From: an uncultured Clostridia bacterium | GTDB lineage: Bacteria; Bacillota; Clostridia; Christensenellales; CAG-138 | Reading direction: 5' to 3' | DNA length: 64,000 nt | NCBI GenBank assembly: GCA_937915455.1 | Contig: CALDNN010000225.1 | Span: 1,317-65,316 of the forward strand | Shown: positions 34,091-44,609 of the stretch, one piece after another | Layout: every line of letters begins with the position of its first letter | Position numbering within the stretch: the first letter of the stretch is position 1 | Position numbers and translations under genes: made by a program | Notes under the pieces: generated by a model | What the model saw: the letters and a program-made list of their open reading frames with translations, nothing else | The model's database searches: none | What the model was told of the DNA's origin: nothing

Positions 34091-34306
34091 TCAGAAGGTA
34101 ACGCCGAAGATTTTGCCCAAGAGCAGCAGGGCCAAAGCGCCCAGCACGGAAAAACCCAGGGCTGTGCCCAGGCCCCGGAAAATGCCCGATATGAAGCTGT
34201 TCCAAAGTAGGCGGCGGGTATTGGTGAGCACCTGCGCCAATTCGCGGATGCGGCTTTGCTCAAGCGCGTCTACCAGGTCTGCCGTCAATTTTTCCCAATC
34301 CGTCAT
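34091..34306 (-). CDS. Small membrane protein (71 aa, DUF5665-like)
   Basis: Helical N-terminus followed by a TM (GFSVLGALALLLLGKIF). Confidence 0.5.
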   Translation of the reverse strand: MTDWEKLTADLVDALEQSRIRELAQVLTNTRRLLWNSFISGIFRGLGTALGFSVLGALALLLLGKIFGVTF

Positions 34307-34471
34307 GATAAAAAGTGTTCCCCGCGGGGCGCACGGCCATACGGGGCGGGCGGCGCTGTGTGTTGAAAGCGTCTAGGGAATATGTTAAAATGATATTCAG
34401 TGAATAGTCTGTGGATGCGCCCGGTTGTGGCGCATTTCGCACTGCATATCACAGAGCTGGAGGGATTGGCT

Positions 34472-35785
34472 ATGCGCATGGTAGATTTGATACTGAAAAA
34501 ACGCGCCGGCGGGGCGCATACCAAAGAGGAACTGGCCTATATTATGAAAGGGCTGGTCGATAAATCCATACCGGATTACCAAATATCCGCCTGGATGATG
34601 GCCATTTGCTTTCAGGGTATGGGTGAAGCGGAAACCGCCTACCTCACCGAGGCCATGTGGCATTCGGGCGAGGTGGTGGATCTTTCCGATTTGCCCGGCG
34701 TCAAGCTCGATAAGCACTCCACCGGCGGGGTGGGGGATACAACCACCTTGGTGATCGCGCCCTTGGTGGCCGCCTGCGGCGGCACCGTGGCCAAGATGAG
34801 CGGCCGGGGTTTGGGCCACACGGGGGGCACACTAGATAAGCTTGAATCCATCCCCGGCGTATCGATCAATGTGGATATCGATTCCTTCAAGCGCATCGTG
34901 CGGCAGATCGGCCTGTGCGTGATCGGCCAAACCGGCGATTTGGTGCCCGCGGATAAAACGATGTACGCCCTTAGGGATGTGACGGGCACGGTGGAGAGCA
35001 TCCCCCTCATCGCCTCTAGCGTGATGAGCAAAAAGCTGGCCGCAGGCACGGATGCCATCGTGCTGGATGTGAAGATGGGAAGCGGCGCGTTCATGCAGAC
35101 CCTGGACGAGGCCCGGGAATTGGCAAAAACCATGGTGCGCATCGGCGAGCACGTAGGCCGCAAAACCGTGGCTGTGATCACGGATATGGATCAGCCCCTG
35201 GGCTTGGCCGTGGGTAACGCGCTGGAGGTGCGGGAGGCCGTGGAGCTGCTTCGCGGCAAGATCCCCGAAACCGACCCGCTGTATGAGGTCTGCATGCTGC
35301 TCGCTTCCCATATGCTGATATTGGGCGGATTGGCCGCCAATGAGCAAGAGGCCGGAGCCAAGCTGCGTGTGGCGCTTGAGAGCGGCGCGGGCCTAAAAAA
35401 GCTTGAGGCCATGCTTGTCTCCCTGGGCGCAGCGCCGGGCTGCCTGGATGATATGGACGCCCTGTGCAAAACCAGGCGGCAAGCGCCCGTGCTTCTGGCG
35501 GAAGCAGGCTATATTGAGGCCATGGAGGCCAATCGCATCGGCTCAGCCGCGCAGATTCTTGGCGCGGGCCGGGCCAAGAAAACGGACAGCATCGACCCGG
35601 CCGTGGGCCTGGTGATGCATAAGCGCCAGGGGGATTACGTAGCCAAGGATGAACCGCTGGCCACCCTTTATGTGAACGACGAGACCCGCTTGGAGGAAGC
35701 CGCGGCCCTGCTGCGGGGGGCCGTGCGCCTCTCCCCGGAGCAGCCCGCCCGCGCGCCCATGGTGCACGACGTGATCCGGGCCTAG
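34472..35785 (+). CDS. pdp: Pyrimidine-nucleoside (thymidine) phosphorylase
   Basis: Start trimmed to MRMVDLILKKR after GGAGGG. KHSTGGVGD and SGRGLGHTGGTLDKLE motifs. Confidence 0.9.
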   Translation: MRMVDLILKKRAGGAHTKEELAYIMKGLVDKSIPDYQISAWMMAICFQGMGEAETAYLTEAMWHSGEVVDLSDLPGVKLDKHSTGGVGDTTTLVIAPLVAACGGTVAKMSGRGLGHTGGTLDKLESIPGVSINVDIDSFKRIVRQIGLCVIGQTGDLVPADKTMYALRDVTGTVESIPLIASSVMSKKLAAGTDAIVLDVKMGSGAFMQTLDEARELAKTMVRIGEHVGRKTVAVITDMDQPLGLAVGNALEVREAVELLRGKIPETDPLYEVCMLLASHMLILGGLAANEQEAGAKLRVALESGAGLKKLEAMLVSLGAAPGCLDDMDALCKTRRQAPVLLAEAGYIEAMEANRIGSAAQILGAGRAKKTDSIDPAVGLVMHKRQGDYVAKDEPLATLYVNDETRLEEAAALLRGAVRLSPEQPARAPMVHDVIRA

Positions 35786-35834
35786 CGCCTTGACGCGGCG
35801 ATCTTACGACCTTATTGTATAGGAGGATATTAAT

Positions 35835-36470
35835 TTGAGCAGTTCTTTCCTTCCCATGTTCTGGACGATTTATGGTATCGTCATGGGCTTTATGCTTCTG
35901 CTGGGCATTGGCTTTTACGTGCTTTCCTCCCTGGGCTTCTATGCCATGGCCAAGCGCCGGGGCATCCCCCACCCGGGCCTGGCATGGCTACCCATCGGCG
36001 GCCAGGCATGGATCATAGGCAGTTTGGCGGATCAATACGCCTATCTGGCCGAGGGCAAAACCAAGCGCCAGCGCGGTCTGCTCCTGGGGCTGGATATCGG
36101 CACGTCCGCCGTGTCTTTATGCTTTCTCGTGCTGCTCATCGTGGCCATTATCAAGGGCCTCACGCCTGAGCTGATGTATGATGAGTTAGCCTTCGCGCCC
36201 TTTATCATGGGTTTTCTGGTGCTGTATTTCCTGCTGCTGGCCATGGCTATCGTTTACGCGGTGTTCTATTATATCGCCCTTTATAAGGTGTATAAATCCT
36301 GTACCCCGAAGAACGCCACGCTTTATCTGGTGCTTTCCATTGTGGTGAGTGTGACGCAGCCTTTCTTCGTCTTCTTCAGCCGCAATAAAGACGAGGGTAT
36401 GCCGTCCCCGCAGCCTCCTACCGGCGAGGAACCCACGCAGATTACCGCTCCGGACCCGGCGGCGCAATAA
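35835..36470 (+). CDS. Hypothetical multi-TM membrane protein
   Basis: TTG start after AGGAGGA. Four or five hydrophobic segments. No family recognised. Confidence 0.55.
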   Translation: MSSSFLPMFWTIYGIVMGFMLLLGIGFYVLSSLGFYAMAKRRGIPHPGLAWLPIGGQAWIIGSLADQYAYLAEGKTKRQRGLLLGLDIGTSAVSLCFLVLLIVAIIKGLTPELMYDELAFAPFIMGFLVLYFLLLAMAIVYAVFYYIALYKVYKSCTPKNATLYLVLSIVVSVTQPFFVFFSRNKDEGMPSPQPPTGEEPTQITAPDPAAQ

Positions 36471-36502
36471 GCTAAATCTCGGCAGCTTGCCGCAAATCGT
36501 TT

Positions 36503-36534
36503 ACGAACCGTTAAATTGCAATTTAACGGTTCGT
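36503..36534. terminator. Intrinsic terminator hairpin
   Basis: ACGAACCGTTAAATTGCAATTTAACGGTTCGT, a 14-bp perfect stem. Confidence 0.7.
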
Positions 36535-36579
36535 GTGATTTAATAAGAAGAACAATATGCAAACAGCGAGGTACGCGCT

Positions 36580-39144
36580 TTGGAACAGCTAATCGCCATC
36601 GATGGCAACAGCCTTATGCACAGGGCCTATTACGCCCTGCCTTCTATGGCCACCAAGAACGGCACCCCCACGGGGGCCATCTATGGTTTTTTGAGCATGC
36701 TGTTAAAGCTCGTGGAACGGCAGCCCGCCTACCTGCTGGTAGCCTTCGATATGCACGGCCCCACCTTCCGCCACGAATTCTATGGGGAATACAAGGCGGG
36801 ACGCAAGGTTACGCCGGAGGATTTGCGGCCCCAGTTCCCCTTGCTCAAGGAGGTGCTCTCGGCCATGGGCATCGCCGTGTGCGAATGCGAGCGCTTCGAG
36901 GCGGATGATATACTGGGCACGGCTTCCCGCATGGCGGAGCGGGCCGGTGTGGAAGCACTCCTGGTCACGGGTGACCGGGATGCTTTGCAGCTCATCACCC
37001 CCCGCACCCACGTGCTGATGACCAAGAAAGGCATTTCCGAGACCGTGGAATACGACGAGGCGGTTTTGCTAGAAACCTACGGCCTCACGCCGGAGCGTAT
37101 GCCCGATTTGAAGGGCTTGATGGGCGACGGATCGGATAACATCCCCGGCATCCCCGGCGTAGGGGAAAAGACGGCCCTTAAATTACTGGGAAAATACGGC
37201 ACCATGGAGAATGCCCTGGCCCGCGCGGCCGAGGAAAAGGGGGCTTTAAAGGCCAAGCTGGAAGGCGGCGGGGACTCCGCCCGGCTCAGCTACAAGCTGG
37301 GCCTGATCGATACGCAGGCTCCCATAGATGCAAACCTTGAAGACTGGGCCTTTCGGCCTGCCACCCTGCTGGACGCGCTGCCCCTGCTGCATAAACTGGA
37401 GCTGCGTTCGCTGGCGGGCCGTGTGGCAGACCGTGGCGGGCAAGCGCCCGCCGCCGCCACCTCGACCGTACCGGCGCGCGAGACGCGACGCATCGAGGAT
37501 GAAGCGGGCGTAGCCGCCCTGTGCGAAGAACTGAATAATGCCAAACGCCTGGCCATCGTAGTGGGCGAGGGGCTGGCGCTGGCCATGGACGGGGCCACGC
37601 AATTCGAGATCTCCCTCGCGGGTGGAACCCTGCTGACCCCGGGGCTGGAGCCGGCGCGGGTTCTGGCGTTGCTCAAACCCATTTTGGAGGACGCGGCTAT
37701 AGAAAAGGCCATGTTCGACGCGAAGGCCCTGCAACATATGCTAGATGCTTACGGCGTACGCCTCGCGGGCGTGAAGTGGGACGCCATGATCCAGGATTAC
37801 CTGCTGCACGCCATCCACCCCGCGGATTCGCTCAAGACCCTCTGTGCGGAACAGGGGGTGGAGCCAGGGGCCGCGGCCCTCTGGTCGCTCTGCGTGAAAA
37901 TGCAGGCGGAAATGGAAGAGAAGGGGCTTTGGAGCCTCTATGAAACCGTGGAGCTACCCCTCGTGTGGGTGCTATACGATATGGAGCACGAGGGCTTCCG
38001 CATGGATGCCGAGGTTCTCAAGAATTTGAGCGCCGCCTTTGGCGAGCGCATCGGGTGGGCCGAGGAAGGCATTCACGAGCTGGCTGGGGAGAAATTCAAC
38101 ATCCTTTCCCCCAAGCAACTTGGCACAATCCTCTTTGAAAAGCTGGGCCTGCCGGCCCAGAAAAAGACCAAGACCGGCTATTCCACGGACGCGGCCGTAC
38201 TGGAAGCCCTGGAAGACAAGCACCCTATCGTGCCCCTGGTTACGGAATACCGCTTTCTATCCAAGCTCAAAAGCACCTTTGTAGACGGCCTGCTGGGACT
38301 GATGCAGCCGGATGGCCGGGTACACACCAGCTTTAACCAAAATGTGGCCGCCACGGGCCGCATATCCAGCACAGAGCCTAATTTGCAGAATATCCCCGTA
38401 CGCACGGAGCTGGGGCGGGAGATCCGCCGGGCCTTTGTAGCCAGCCCGGGCAAGGTGCTGGTAGGCGCGGATTATTCCCAGATCGAGCTACGCCTCCTGG
38501 CACACATGAGCGGGGATGAAGCCATGGTGAAAGCTTTCCGAAGCGGCGCGGACATCCACGCTATCACCGCCTCGGAAGTGTTCGGCATTGCGCCCGAGAG
38601 CCTCACGCCTGCCCAGCGTAGCGCGGCCAAGGCAGTGAATTTCGGCATCGTTTACGGCATCAGCGAATTCGGCCTGGCCCGCAACATCGGCGTTTCCCGC
38701 AAGGAGGCGGGGGATTACATCGCCGGCTATTTCCGGCGCTACCCGGGCGTGAAAGCTTATCTCGACAAGTGCGTGGAGGAAGGCAAGGCCAAGGGCTACG
38801 CTTCCACCCTAATGGGCCGCAGGCGGGAATTGCCCGAGCTTAGTTCCTCCAATTTCAACACCCGCAGCTTTGGCGAACGGGTGGCCATGAACATGCCCAT
38901 CCAGGGCACGGCCGCGGATATCATCAAGCTGGCCATGGTGCGGGTGCAGCAGGCCCTCTCCGAGCGGGGGCTCAAGGCCAAGCTGATTTTGCAGATACAC
39001 GACGAACTCATTTTGGATACGCCCCTTGATGAAGTCGAGCCGGTTAAACGCCTGCTCTGCGCCTGCATGGAGGGTTCGATGGCGCTTTCCGTCCCCTTGG
39101 TTGCGGAGGTGCGGGAGGGCCATAGTTGGTATGACACGAAGTAG
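36580..39144 (+). CDS. polA: DNA polymerase I
   Basis: 854 aa. 5'-nuclease N-terminus (IDGNSLMHRAYYAL) and Pol A motifs (DYSQIELR, RSAAKAVNFGIVYG, QIHDEL). Confidence 0.95.
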   Translation: MEQLIAIDGNSLMHRAYYALPSMATKNGTPTGAIYGFLSMLLKLVERQPAYLLVAFDMHGPTFRHEFYGEYKAGRKVTPEDLRPQFPLLKEVLSAMGIAVCECERFEADDILGTASRMAERAGVEALLVTGDRDALQLITPRTHVLMTKKGISETVEYDEAVLLETYGLTPERMPDLKGLMGDGSDNIPGIPGVGEKTALKLLGKYGTMENALARAAEEKGALKAKLEGGGDSARLSYKLGLIDTQAPIDANLEDWAFRPATLLDALPLLHKLELRSLAGRVADRGGQAPAAATSTVPARETRRIEDEAGVAALCEELNNAKRLAIVVGEGLALAMDGATQFEISLAGGTLLTPGLEPARVLALLKPILEDAAIEKAMFDAKALQHMLDAYGVRLAGVKWDAMIQDYLLHAIHPADSLKTLCAEQGVEPGAAALWSLCVKMQAEMEEKGLWSLYETVELPLVWVLYDMEHEGFRMDAEVLKNLSAAFGERIGWAEEGIHELAGEKFNILSPKQLGTILFEKLGLPAQKKTKTGYSTDAAVLEALEDKHPIVPLVTEYRFLSKLKSTFVDGLLGLMQPDGRVHTSFNQNVAATGRISSTEPNLQNIPVRTELGREIRRAFVASPGKVLVGADYSQIELRLLAHMSGDEAMVKAFRSGADIHAITASEVFGIAPESLTPAQRSAAKAVNFGIVYGISEFGLARNIGVSRKEAGDYIAGYFRRYPGVKAYLDKCVEEGKAKGYASTLMGRRRELPELSSSNFNTRSFGERVAMNMPIQGTAADIIKLAMVRVQQALSERGLKAKLILQIHDELILDTPLDEVEPVKRLLCACMEGSMALSVPLVAEVREGHSWYDTK

Positions 39145-39748
39145 CATGCCCGTGATCGGCCTCACCGGCTCCATGGCCGCGGGCAAATCCACCGTAGCGC
39201 GGCATTTGGCCAAGCTCGGGGCCTATGTGGCCGATGCGGATCAGGCGGCCCGGCGGGTCGTCCTGCCCGATACGGCGGGTTTACAGGCGCTGGTTGCGCG
39301 CTTTGGCCCGGGCATATTGCGGCCTGATGGCGCGTTGGATCGGCCCGCCCTCTCTGCCATTGCCTTTGGCGATGCGGCTGCCCTGGCCGATCTCAACGCC
39401 ATAACGCATCCGCGCATCCGCGCGGAAATGGAAGCCGAGCTGAGCAAGGCCCGTGCCCGGGGCATGCAAGCCGCCGTACTGGATGCGGCCCTTTTGCTCG
39501 AGGCCGGCTGGCAGGATCTATGTGATGAGGTGTGGCTGGTTACGGCTCCCGAGGAAGCGCGGCTTAACCGGGCTATGACGCGTGACGGACTAAGCCACGA
39601 GGCCGCCCAAGCTCGGATGGCCGCCCAGATGCCCGAGGAGGAAAAACGGGCGCTGGCGGATGTGATTTTAGAGAACGGCGGCTCTAAGGAGGCGCTTTTC
39701 GCCCAAACGGAGGCCGCCTATGCGCGCCTAGAGAAAGGAACGCGATGA
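39131..39748 (+). CDS. coaE: Dephospho-CoA kinase
   Basis: IGLTGSMAAGKST P-loop. Start at 39131 or 39146. Confidence 0.85.
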   Translation: MTRSSMPVIGLTGSMAAGKSTVARHLAKLGAYVADADQAARRVVLPDTAGLQALVARFGPGILRPDGALDRPALSAIAFGDAAALADLNAITHPRIRAEMEAELSKARARGMQAAVLDAALLLEAGWQDLCDEVWLVTAPEEARLNRAMTRDGLSHEAAQARMAAQMPEEEKRALADVILENGGSKEALFAQTEAAYARLEKGTR

Positions 39749-40311
39749 AAAAGCTCGGTAAGGCGCTTCTGGTGGCCGCGATTTTGCTGGCCCTGGTACT
39801 GTGTGCCTTCTGGCTCAACGAATATATGGAAAAGCGCAAATACCGCCTGGATTACCCAGGCGAGATCATGGCTTCGAGCGCGGAATTCAGCCTCGATCCC
39901 TATTTGGTGGCGGCGGTTATCCATTGCGAAAGCGGCAACCGGCCTGCGGTTGCCTCTGCCAAGGGCGCGGTGGGCCTTATGCAGATCATGCCGGATACAG
40001 GCGGCTGGATCGCTGCTAAGCTGGGACTCGCTGATTTTACGGAGTCCATGCTCACGGATCCGGCCCTGAACATCCGCCTAGGCTGCTGGTACCTGCGCTA
40101 CCTGCTGGATCGGTTTGGCGGCGTGCGCAACCATGCCCTGGCCGCTTATAACGCCGGGCCGGGCAACCTCGAAAAGTGGCTGGCGGACGAGGCCTACAGC
40201 CAGGATGGCCTACTGACGAAGATCCCCTTTGCGGAGACCGGTAGCTATGTGAAAAGAGTGGAACAAGCCTATGAAAAATACAAAAAGCTATATCCGGACG
40301 AGCTTGGTTAG
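39745..40311 (+). CDS. Lytic transglycosylase (SLT) domain protein
   Basis: N-terminal TM; catalytic region IHCESGN...GLMQIMP...AYNAGPGN. Confidence 0.85.
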   Translation: MKKLGKALLVAAILLALVLCAFWLNEYMEKRKYRLDYPGEIMASSAEFSLDPYLVAAVIHCESGNRPAVASAKGAVGLMQIMPDTGGWIAAKLGLADFTESMLTDPALNIRLGCWYLRYLLDRFGGVRNHALAAYNAGPGNLEKWLADEAYSQDGLLTKIPFAETGSYVKRVEQAYEKYKKLYPDELG

Positions 40312-41899
40312 GCGCGCCGCCGCGTTTTTATTGGCGCTGCTTTTCTGCCTGCTTTGCGCCTGCTCGGCGCAGACGGTGGAGAAGGAGGAGGAAGCAGCCC
40401 TGCTCACCACTCCCTCACCCGCTCCCGCGCCTCTAACGGGGGGCGAGATACGCCTGCCCATGCCCATCAACGCCGATATCACCGACCCCCTGCGCGTGAA
40501 TACTGAGGAGATGCTCTCGCTCTTTTCGCTGATCTATGAGGGCCTCATCAGCGTCGGCAGCACGGGCAAGCTCACGGCGGAGCTGGCGGAAAGCTGGACC
40601 GGCGACGAGGCCGCCAAGGTATGGACCTTTACCCTGCGCAGCGGCGTCAAGTGGCATAGCGGCAGCGATTTTACGGCCTATGACGTAACGGCCACGTTCT
40701 CCCGCCTCAAGGAATTGGGCGCGGACTCCTATTATGCCTATCAGGCGAAGAAGATCGAATCCATGCGGGCGGTGGACGACCGCACGCTGGAGGTGACCAT
40801 GGCCCAGGCGGGCTATGCCTCGCTCTATGCCCTCGCCTTCCCCGTGATGCAGGGGGGCCAGGCCGCCGCCCTACCCGTGGGCACGGGCCCCTTCCTGCTG
40901 GAAAGCTGGACGGGCCAGGAGGCGCGCCTGATTGCCAACGGGAATTGGTGGAAGCAGCGGCCCTATCTCGACGCCATCGTCTTTGTGGAGCGCGACAGCA
41001 ATGAAACGGCCCTGGCCTCCTACCAGGCCGGCCAGCTGGATATGGTGCCCAGCTCCAACACGGGCGTGGGCCGCTACCGTAGCGAATCCACCACGGTGCT
41101 CGATGTGATGACCCAAACGGCGGAGCTGCTGCTGATCAACAGCAACAACGCGCCCCTTCGGGATGCCAATGTACGCAAGGCCCTTTCCTACGCCTTGGAT
41201 CGTGGCAAGATCATCGCCAATATCTACATGAACCGTGCCCAGCCCTGCGATGTACCGGTCGCGCCGGATAGCTGGATTTACGAGAGTAAGAGCAAGGTAT
41301 ACGACTATAACCTCGCCAAGGCCCGCGAACTTTTGGCCGAGGCGGGCTGGGAGCAGGATGAAGAGAGCGGCCTGCTCATGCGCAACGGCCAGGGCTTTAG
41401 CGTGCGCCTGTTGGTGAATGAATCCTCCGAGACCACCCGCAAGGAGGCTGCAAACCTCATCGCCTCGCAGCTGATGGAGCTAGGCATGGAGGTGGAGCTG
41501 ACCGCAGCGCCCCACGCCTTGGGCCAGAGCGATAGCGAATATATGCAAAAGCTTAGCGCCGGAACATATGACCTCTGCCTCATCGGCGTGAACCTTGGCC
41601 GCGACGGCGACCTCACAGAGGTGATGGATCCGGCGGGCACGGCCCACTACGGCAACTATTCCGTGCCGGAGCTTACGGCCATGGCCAAGGATATCCTCAT
41701 AGCTAAGGACGAAACTGCCTACCGCGAGGCAGCCTCGGCATTTCAGGTGAAATTCGCGGAGGAACTGCCCTTCATCGTGCTTTACTTCCGCCTCAACAGC
41801 ATCGTCTATTCGGCGGAGATCAAGGGTGTGAGCGAGGCGCGTGAGCCAGATATCATGTATACGGCGGATAAATGGTATATCAACCAGCGCCAGGATTGA
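40271..41899 (+). CDS. ABC transporter substrate-binding lipoprotein (family 5, peptide/nickel type)
   Basis: Lipobox LLCAC. 542 aa, SBP_bac_5 layout. Confidence 0.8.
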   Translation: MKNTKSYIRTSLVRRAAAFLLALLFCLLCACSAQTVEKEEEAALLTTPSPAPAPLTGGEIRLPMPINADITDPLRVNTEEMLSLFSLIYEGLISVGSTGKLTAELAESWTGDEAAKVWTFTLRSGVKWHSGSDFTAYDVTATFSRLKELGADSYYAYQAKKIESMRAVDDRTLEVTMAQAGYASLYALAFPVMQGGQAAALPVGTGPFLLESWTGQEARLIANGNWWKQRPYLDAIVFVERDSNETALASYQAGQLDMVPSSNTGVGRYRSESTTVLDVMTQTAELLLINSNNAPLRDANVRKALSYALDRGKIIANIYMNRAQPCDVPVAPDSWIYESKSKVYDYNLAKARELLAEAGWEQDEESGLLMRNGQGFSVRLLVNESSETTRKEAANLIASQLMELGMEVELTAAPHALGQSDSEYMQKLSAGTYDLCLIGVNLGRDGDLTEVMDPAGTAHYGNYSVPELTAMAKDILIAKDETAYREAASAFQVKFAEELPFIVLYFRLNSIVYSAEIKGVSEAREPDIMYTADKWYINQRQD

Positions 41900-41947
41900 C
41901 CGCAAGGCAACCTTTGGCTATACTGGAACGGAAAGATTAGTAGGAGA

Positions 41948-42475
41948 ATGTACATGCTCGTTATCATCATCGCCGCGGCCGTGGTGGCGCTGGATCAGGT
42001 TACTAAGCTGCTGGCCGCAAACTTGCTTACCGTCCTGCCCGCCAATACCTATGCCCTCTGGCCCGGGATTTTCCATCTTACGTATACGGAAAACCGCGGC
42101 GCTGCCTTTGGCATGCTGCAAAACGCCCGCTGGTTCTTTATCATAACTACCGTGATCGCCTGCGGGATCATGATCTGGTTTCTCCATAAGGAGCGGGGCA
42201 AAATGCACCTTCTGATGCGGGTGACGCTTGCTCTCATCCTGGGCGGCGCGCTGGGGAATTTCATCGACCGCTTGTTCCTGGGCTATGTGCGGGATATGTT
42301 CTCCGCCGTAATCATCAATTTTGCTATCTTCAACGTGGCCGACAGCGCCGTGAGCGTGGGCTGCGTGCTGCTTTTCATCGATCTGCTGTTCCTCAAGGGC
42401 AAACGGTATATGGCGGACCCGCCCAAGGGCGAGAAGGCGCTCCCCAAGGAGGGCGGGGCCGGGCCCGCAGAATGA
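41948..42475 (+). CDS. lspA: Signal peptidase II
   Basis: YTENRGAAFG, GNFIDR and FNVADS motifs. Confidence 0.9.
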   Translation: MYMLVIIIAAAVVALDQVTKLLAANLLTVLPANTYALWPGIFHLTYTENRGAAFGMLQNARWFFIITTVIACGIMIWFLHKERGKMHLLMRVTLALILGGALGNFIDRLFLGYVRDMFSAVIINFAIFNVADSAVSVGCVLLFIDLLFLKGKRYMADPPKGEKALPKEGGAGPAE

Positions 42476-43461
42476 TTTCCGATTTCGAATTCGAAGGCGA
42501 ATACGAAGGCCCCGAAGCGACGCTGGAAGCCCGGGCGGACAGCGCCGGGGAACGGCTGGATGTATTCTGCGCCCGTTCCTTTGGCCTCACCCGTTCGCAG
42601 GCACAGCGGGCCATCGCTTGTGGCAACGCCGCCATCGAGGGGCGAACAGCCAAAGCCAGCGATAAGCTGCGGGAGGGAGACTTCGTTTCCTTTCTGCCGC
42701 CACCCGTGCGCGAATTGGAGGCCAGGCCCCAGGATATCCCCCTCTCGATCGTGTATGAGGATGCGGATATCGCCGTGATCGACAAGCCCCAGGGCATGGT
42801 GGTGCACCCGGCGGCCGGCAATCCGGACGGCACGCTGGTCAATGCCCTGCTCTTTCATTTGGAGGGGCTTTCCGGCATCGGCGGGGCGGCCCGGCCCGGC
42901 ATCGTGCACCGCATCGATAAGCTGACCAGCGGCCTGCTTGTGGTGGCCAAGAACGACCTGGCCCACAATTCCCTTTCGGAGCAGCTCAAGGCCCATACGG
43001 TCCGACGCACCTATATCGCCATCGTGGAGGGCAATTTTCGCGAGGATGCAGGCACGGTGGACGCGGCCATCGCCCGCAGCCGCACCGACCGCAAGCGCAT
43101 GGCCATCGATAGGGAAGGCCGCAGCGCCGTGACCCATTGGCGGGTGCTGGAACGCTACGGGAAATTCACGTTGATAGAAGCCAGGCTGGAAACGGGCCGC
43201 ACCCACCAGATCCGGGTACATATGGCGAGCCTGGGCCACCCCGTGGCCGGGGATGTGGTATACGGTCCTTCGAAGCCCAAGCTGGGCCTCGAAGGCCAGG
43301 CCCTGCATGCGGCCCGGCTGGCTCTCCGCCACCCGCGCACGGGGCAGGATATGGCCTTTGCAGCCCCAGTGCCGGCGTATTTCCGCACAGCCCTGCAAAA
43401 GGCGGGCAGGCCGGGAGACGAGGATATCGAGGCTTTTTTGCAAAAACTCTGGGGGGAATGA
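42472..43461 (+). CDS. rluD: RluA/RluD family 23S rRNA pseudouridine synthase
   Basis: S4 domain followed by HRIDKLTSGLLVVAK and GRTHQIRVH. Confidence 0.9.
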   Translation: MISDFEFEGEYEGPEATLEARADSAGERLDVFCARSFGLTRSQAQRAIACGNAAIEGRTAKASDKLREGDFVSFLPPPVRELEARPQDIPLSIVYEDADIAVIDKPQGMVVHPAAGNPDGTLVNALLFHLEGLSGIGGAARPGIVHRIDKLTSGLLVVAKNDLAHNSLSEQLKAHTVRRTYIAIVEGNFREDAGTVDAAIARSRTDRKRMAIDREGRSAVTHWRVLERYGKFTLIEARLETGRTHQIRVHMASLGHPVAGDVVYGPSKPKLGLEGQALHAARLALRHPRTGQDMAFAAPVPAYFRTALQKAGRPGDEDIEAFLQKLWGE

Positions 43462-43464
43462 GCC

Positions 43465-44115
43465 ATGGCAAAGGCGAAGCGCAACCAGGGCCGGGGCTAC
43501 CTGCTCTTTACCGGGGCGATGATCGCCTGCTGCGTGGGCCTGTATGTGGCGCAATCCCTGCCTGCGGCCCCGGCGGAGGCGGAGCCGACGCCCACGCCCC
43601 TTTACCACAGCTACCCCTCCGAGGATGCCTTCTTAGAAAACGCCGCCGCCTTCGGTCTCCCGGCCCAGCCGGAGCCGGAGGCGGGTAAGCTGCCGGGCTC
43701 TGCGGAATATCGGCTCGCCCGCGAGGATATGGCGGATGCTTACCTGACGCTCTCCTTCAGGGAAGGCGGGGTCTGCGCCTTCCTGCTGCGCCTGCCCGAT
43801 GAACCGGCCCCCGAAAAATTGCCCAAGAACGCCACGCCCATCGAAGCGGATGTTTACCAAGCGCGGCTTGAAGCTTACGCCGCCTGCCAGGCCTGGCGGC
43901 AGGAAGCCCTGCCCGCCCTTTGTACCGCCTTAGACCCCACCGGCTCCTGCACGGCTGCTGATATCGCCCGCTTTTGTGCTCTGCTCGAGGAAACGGCCCA
44001 AACAGGCGCCAGTCGGGAAGAGAAGGCGGGGAACCTTGCCTTTACCTGCTACATCGCCCGGAATGAGGCGGAGGGATCTCTGATCTGCGCCTCCGCTACA
44101 AGGAGCGATAACTAA
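43465..44115 (+). CDS. Hypothetical membrane-anchored protein
   Basis: 216 aa with an N-terminal TM. No family recognised. Composition is typical of the host genome. Confidence 0.5.
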   Translation: MAKAKRNQGRGYLLFTGAMIACCVGLYVAQSLPAAPAEAEPTPTPLYHSYPSEDAFLENAAAFGLPAQPEPEAGKLPGSAEYRLAREDMADAYLTLSFREGGVCAFLLRLPDEPAPEKLPKNATPIEADVYQARLEAYAACQAWRQEALPALCTALDPTGSCTAADIARFCALLEETAQTGASREEKAGNLAFTCYIARNEAEGSLICASATRSDN

Positions 44116-44135
44116 AGCAAATTATATGTCGATAC

Positions 44136-44164
44136 TTGCAAGTATCCACCAGTTATTGTATAAT
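44136..44164 (+). promoter_or_regulatory. Sigma-A type promoter upstream of zapA
   Basis: TTGCAA (44136-44141), 17 nt, TATAAT (44159-44164). Confidence 0.6.
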
Positions 44165-44220
44165 ATGGAAACAGGTATACCATATATTTTGTGTAGGATC
44201 GCTTGGGGGAAGGAAATACT

Positions 44221-44535
44221 ATGGATAAAACGCATGTCACCGTACAGATCGGCGGGCAGGATTTTCGTTTGGCTGCTGAGGAGAGCGAGGTATATGTCCG
44301 CAAGATCGCCAAGTATGTCAACGAAAAGATCGAAGAGGTGCAGCGGGCCTATCCCAATTTGAGCACGGGCAATTGCGTTCTCCTGGCGGCGCTGAATTTA
44401 TCCGACGAGCTGCATAAGCTACGGGAGGATTACGACGCGCTAGATTCCCGCATTTCAGAGCTCCGGGAGATGCCCCGCCAAAGCGCGCCCGTCAAGCGCC
44501 CTTTCGAGAGCGGGAAAGCGCTGCCCACAAAATGA
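44221..44535 (+). CDS. zapA: Cell division protein ZapA
   Basis: MDKTHVTVQIGGQDFRLAAEESEVYVRKIAKYVNEKI..., a typical ZapA N-terminus followed by a coiled coil. Confidence 0.8.
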   Translation: MDKTHVTVQIGGQDFRLAAEESEVYVRKIAKYVNEKIEEVQRAYPNLSTGNCVLLAALNLSDELHKLREDYDALDSRISELREMPRQSAPVKRPFESGKALPTK

Positions 44536-44609
44536 GCTGATGGCGGATGCTGTGCGGCCCGGGATGTTTCCCGGCCGCTTTTTTGTCCCTGAACAGAGGA
44601 GAAAAGACT

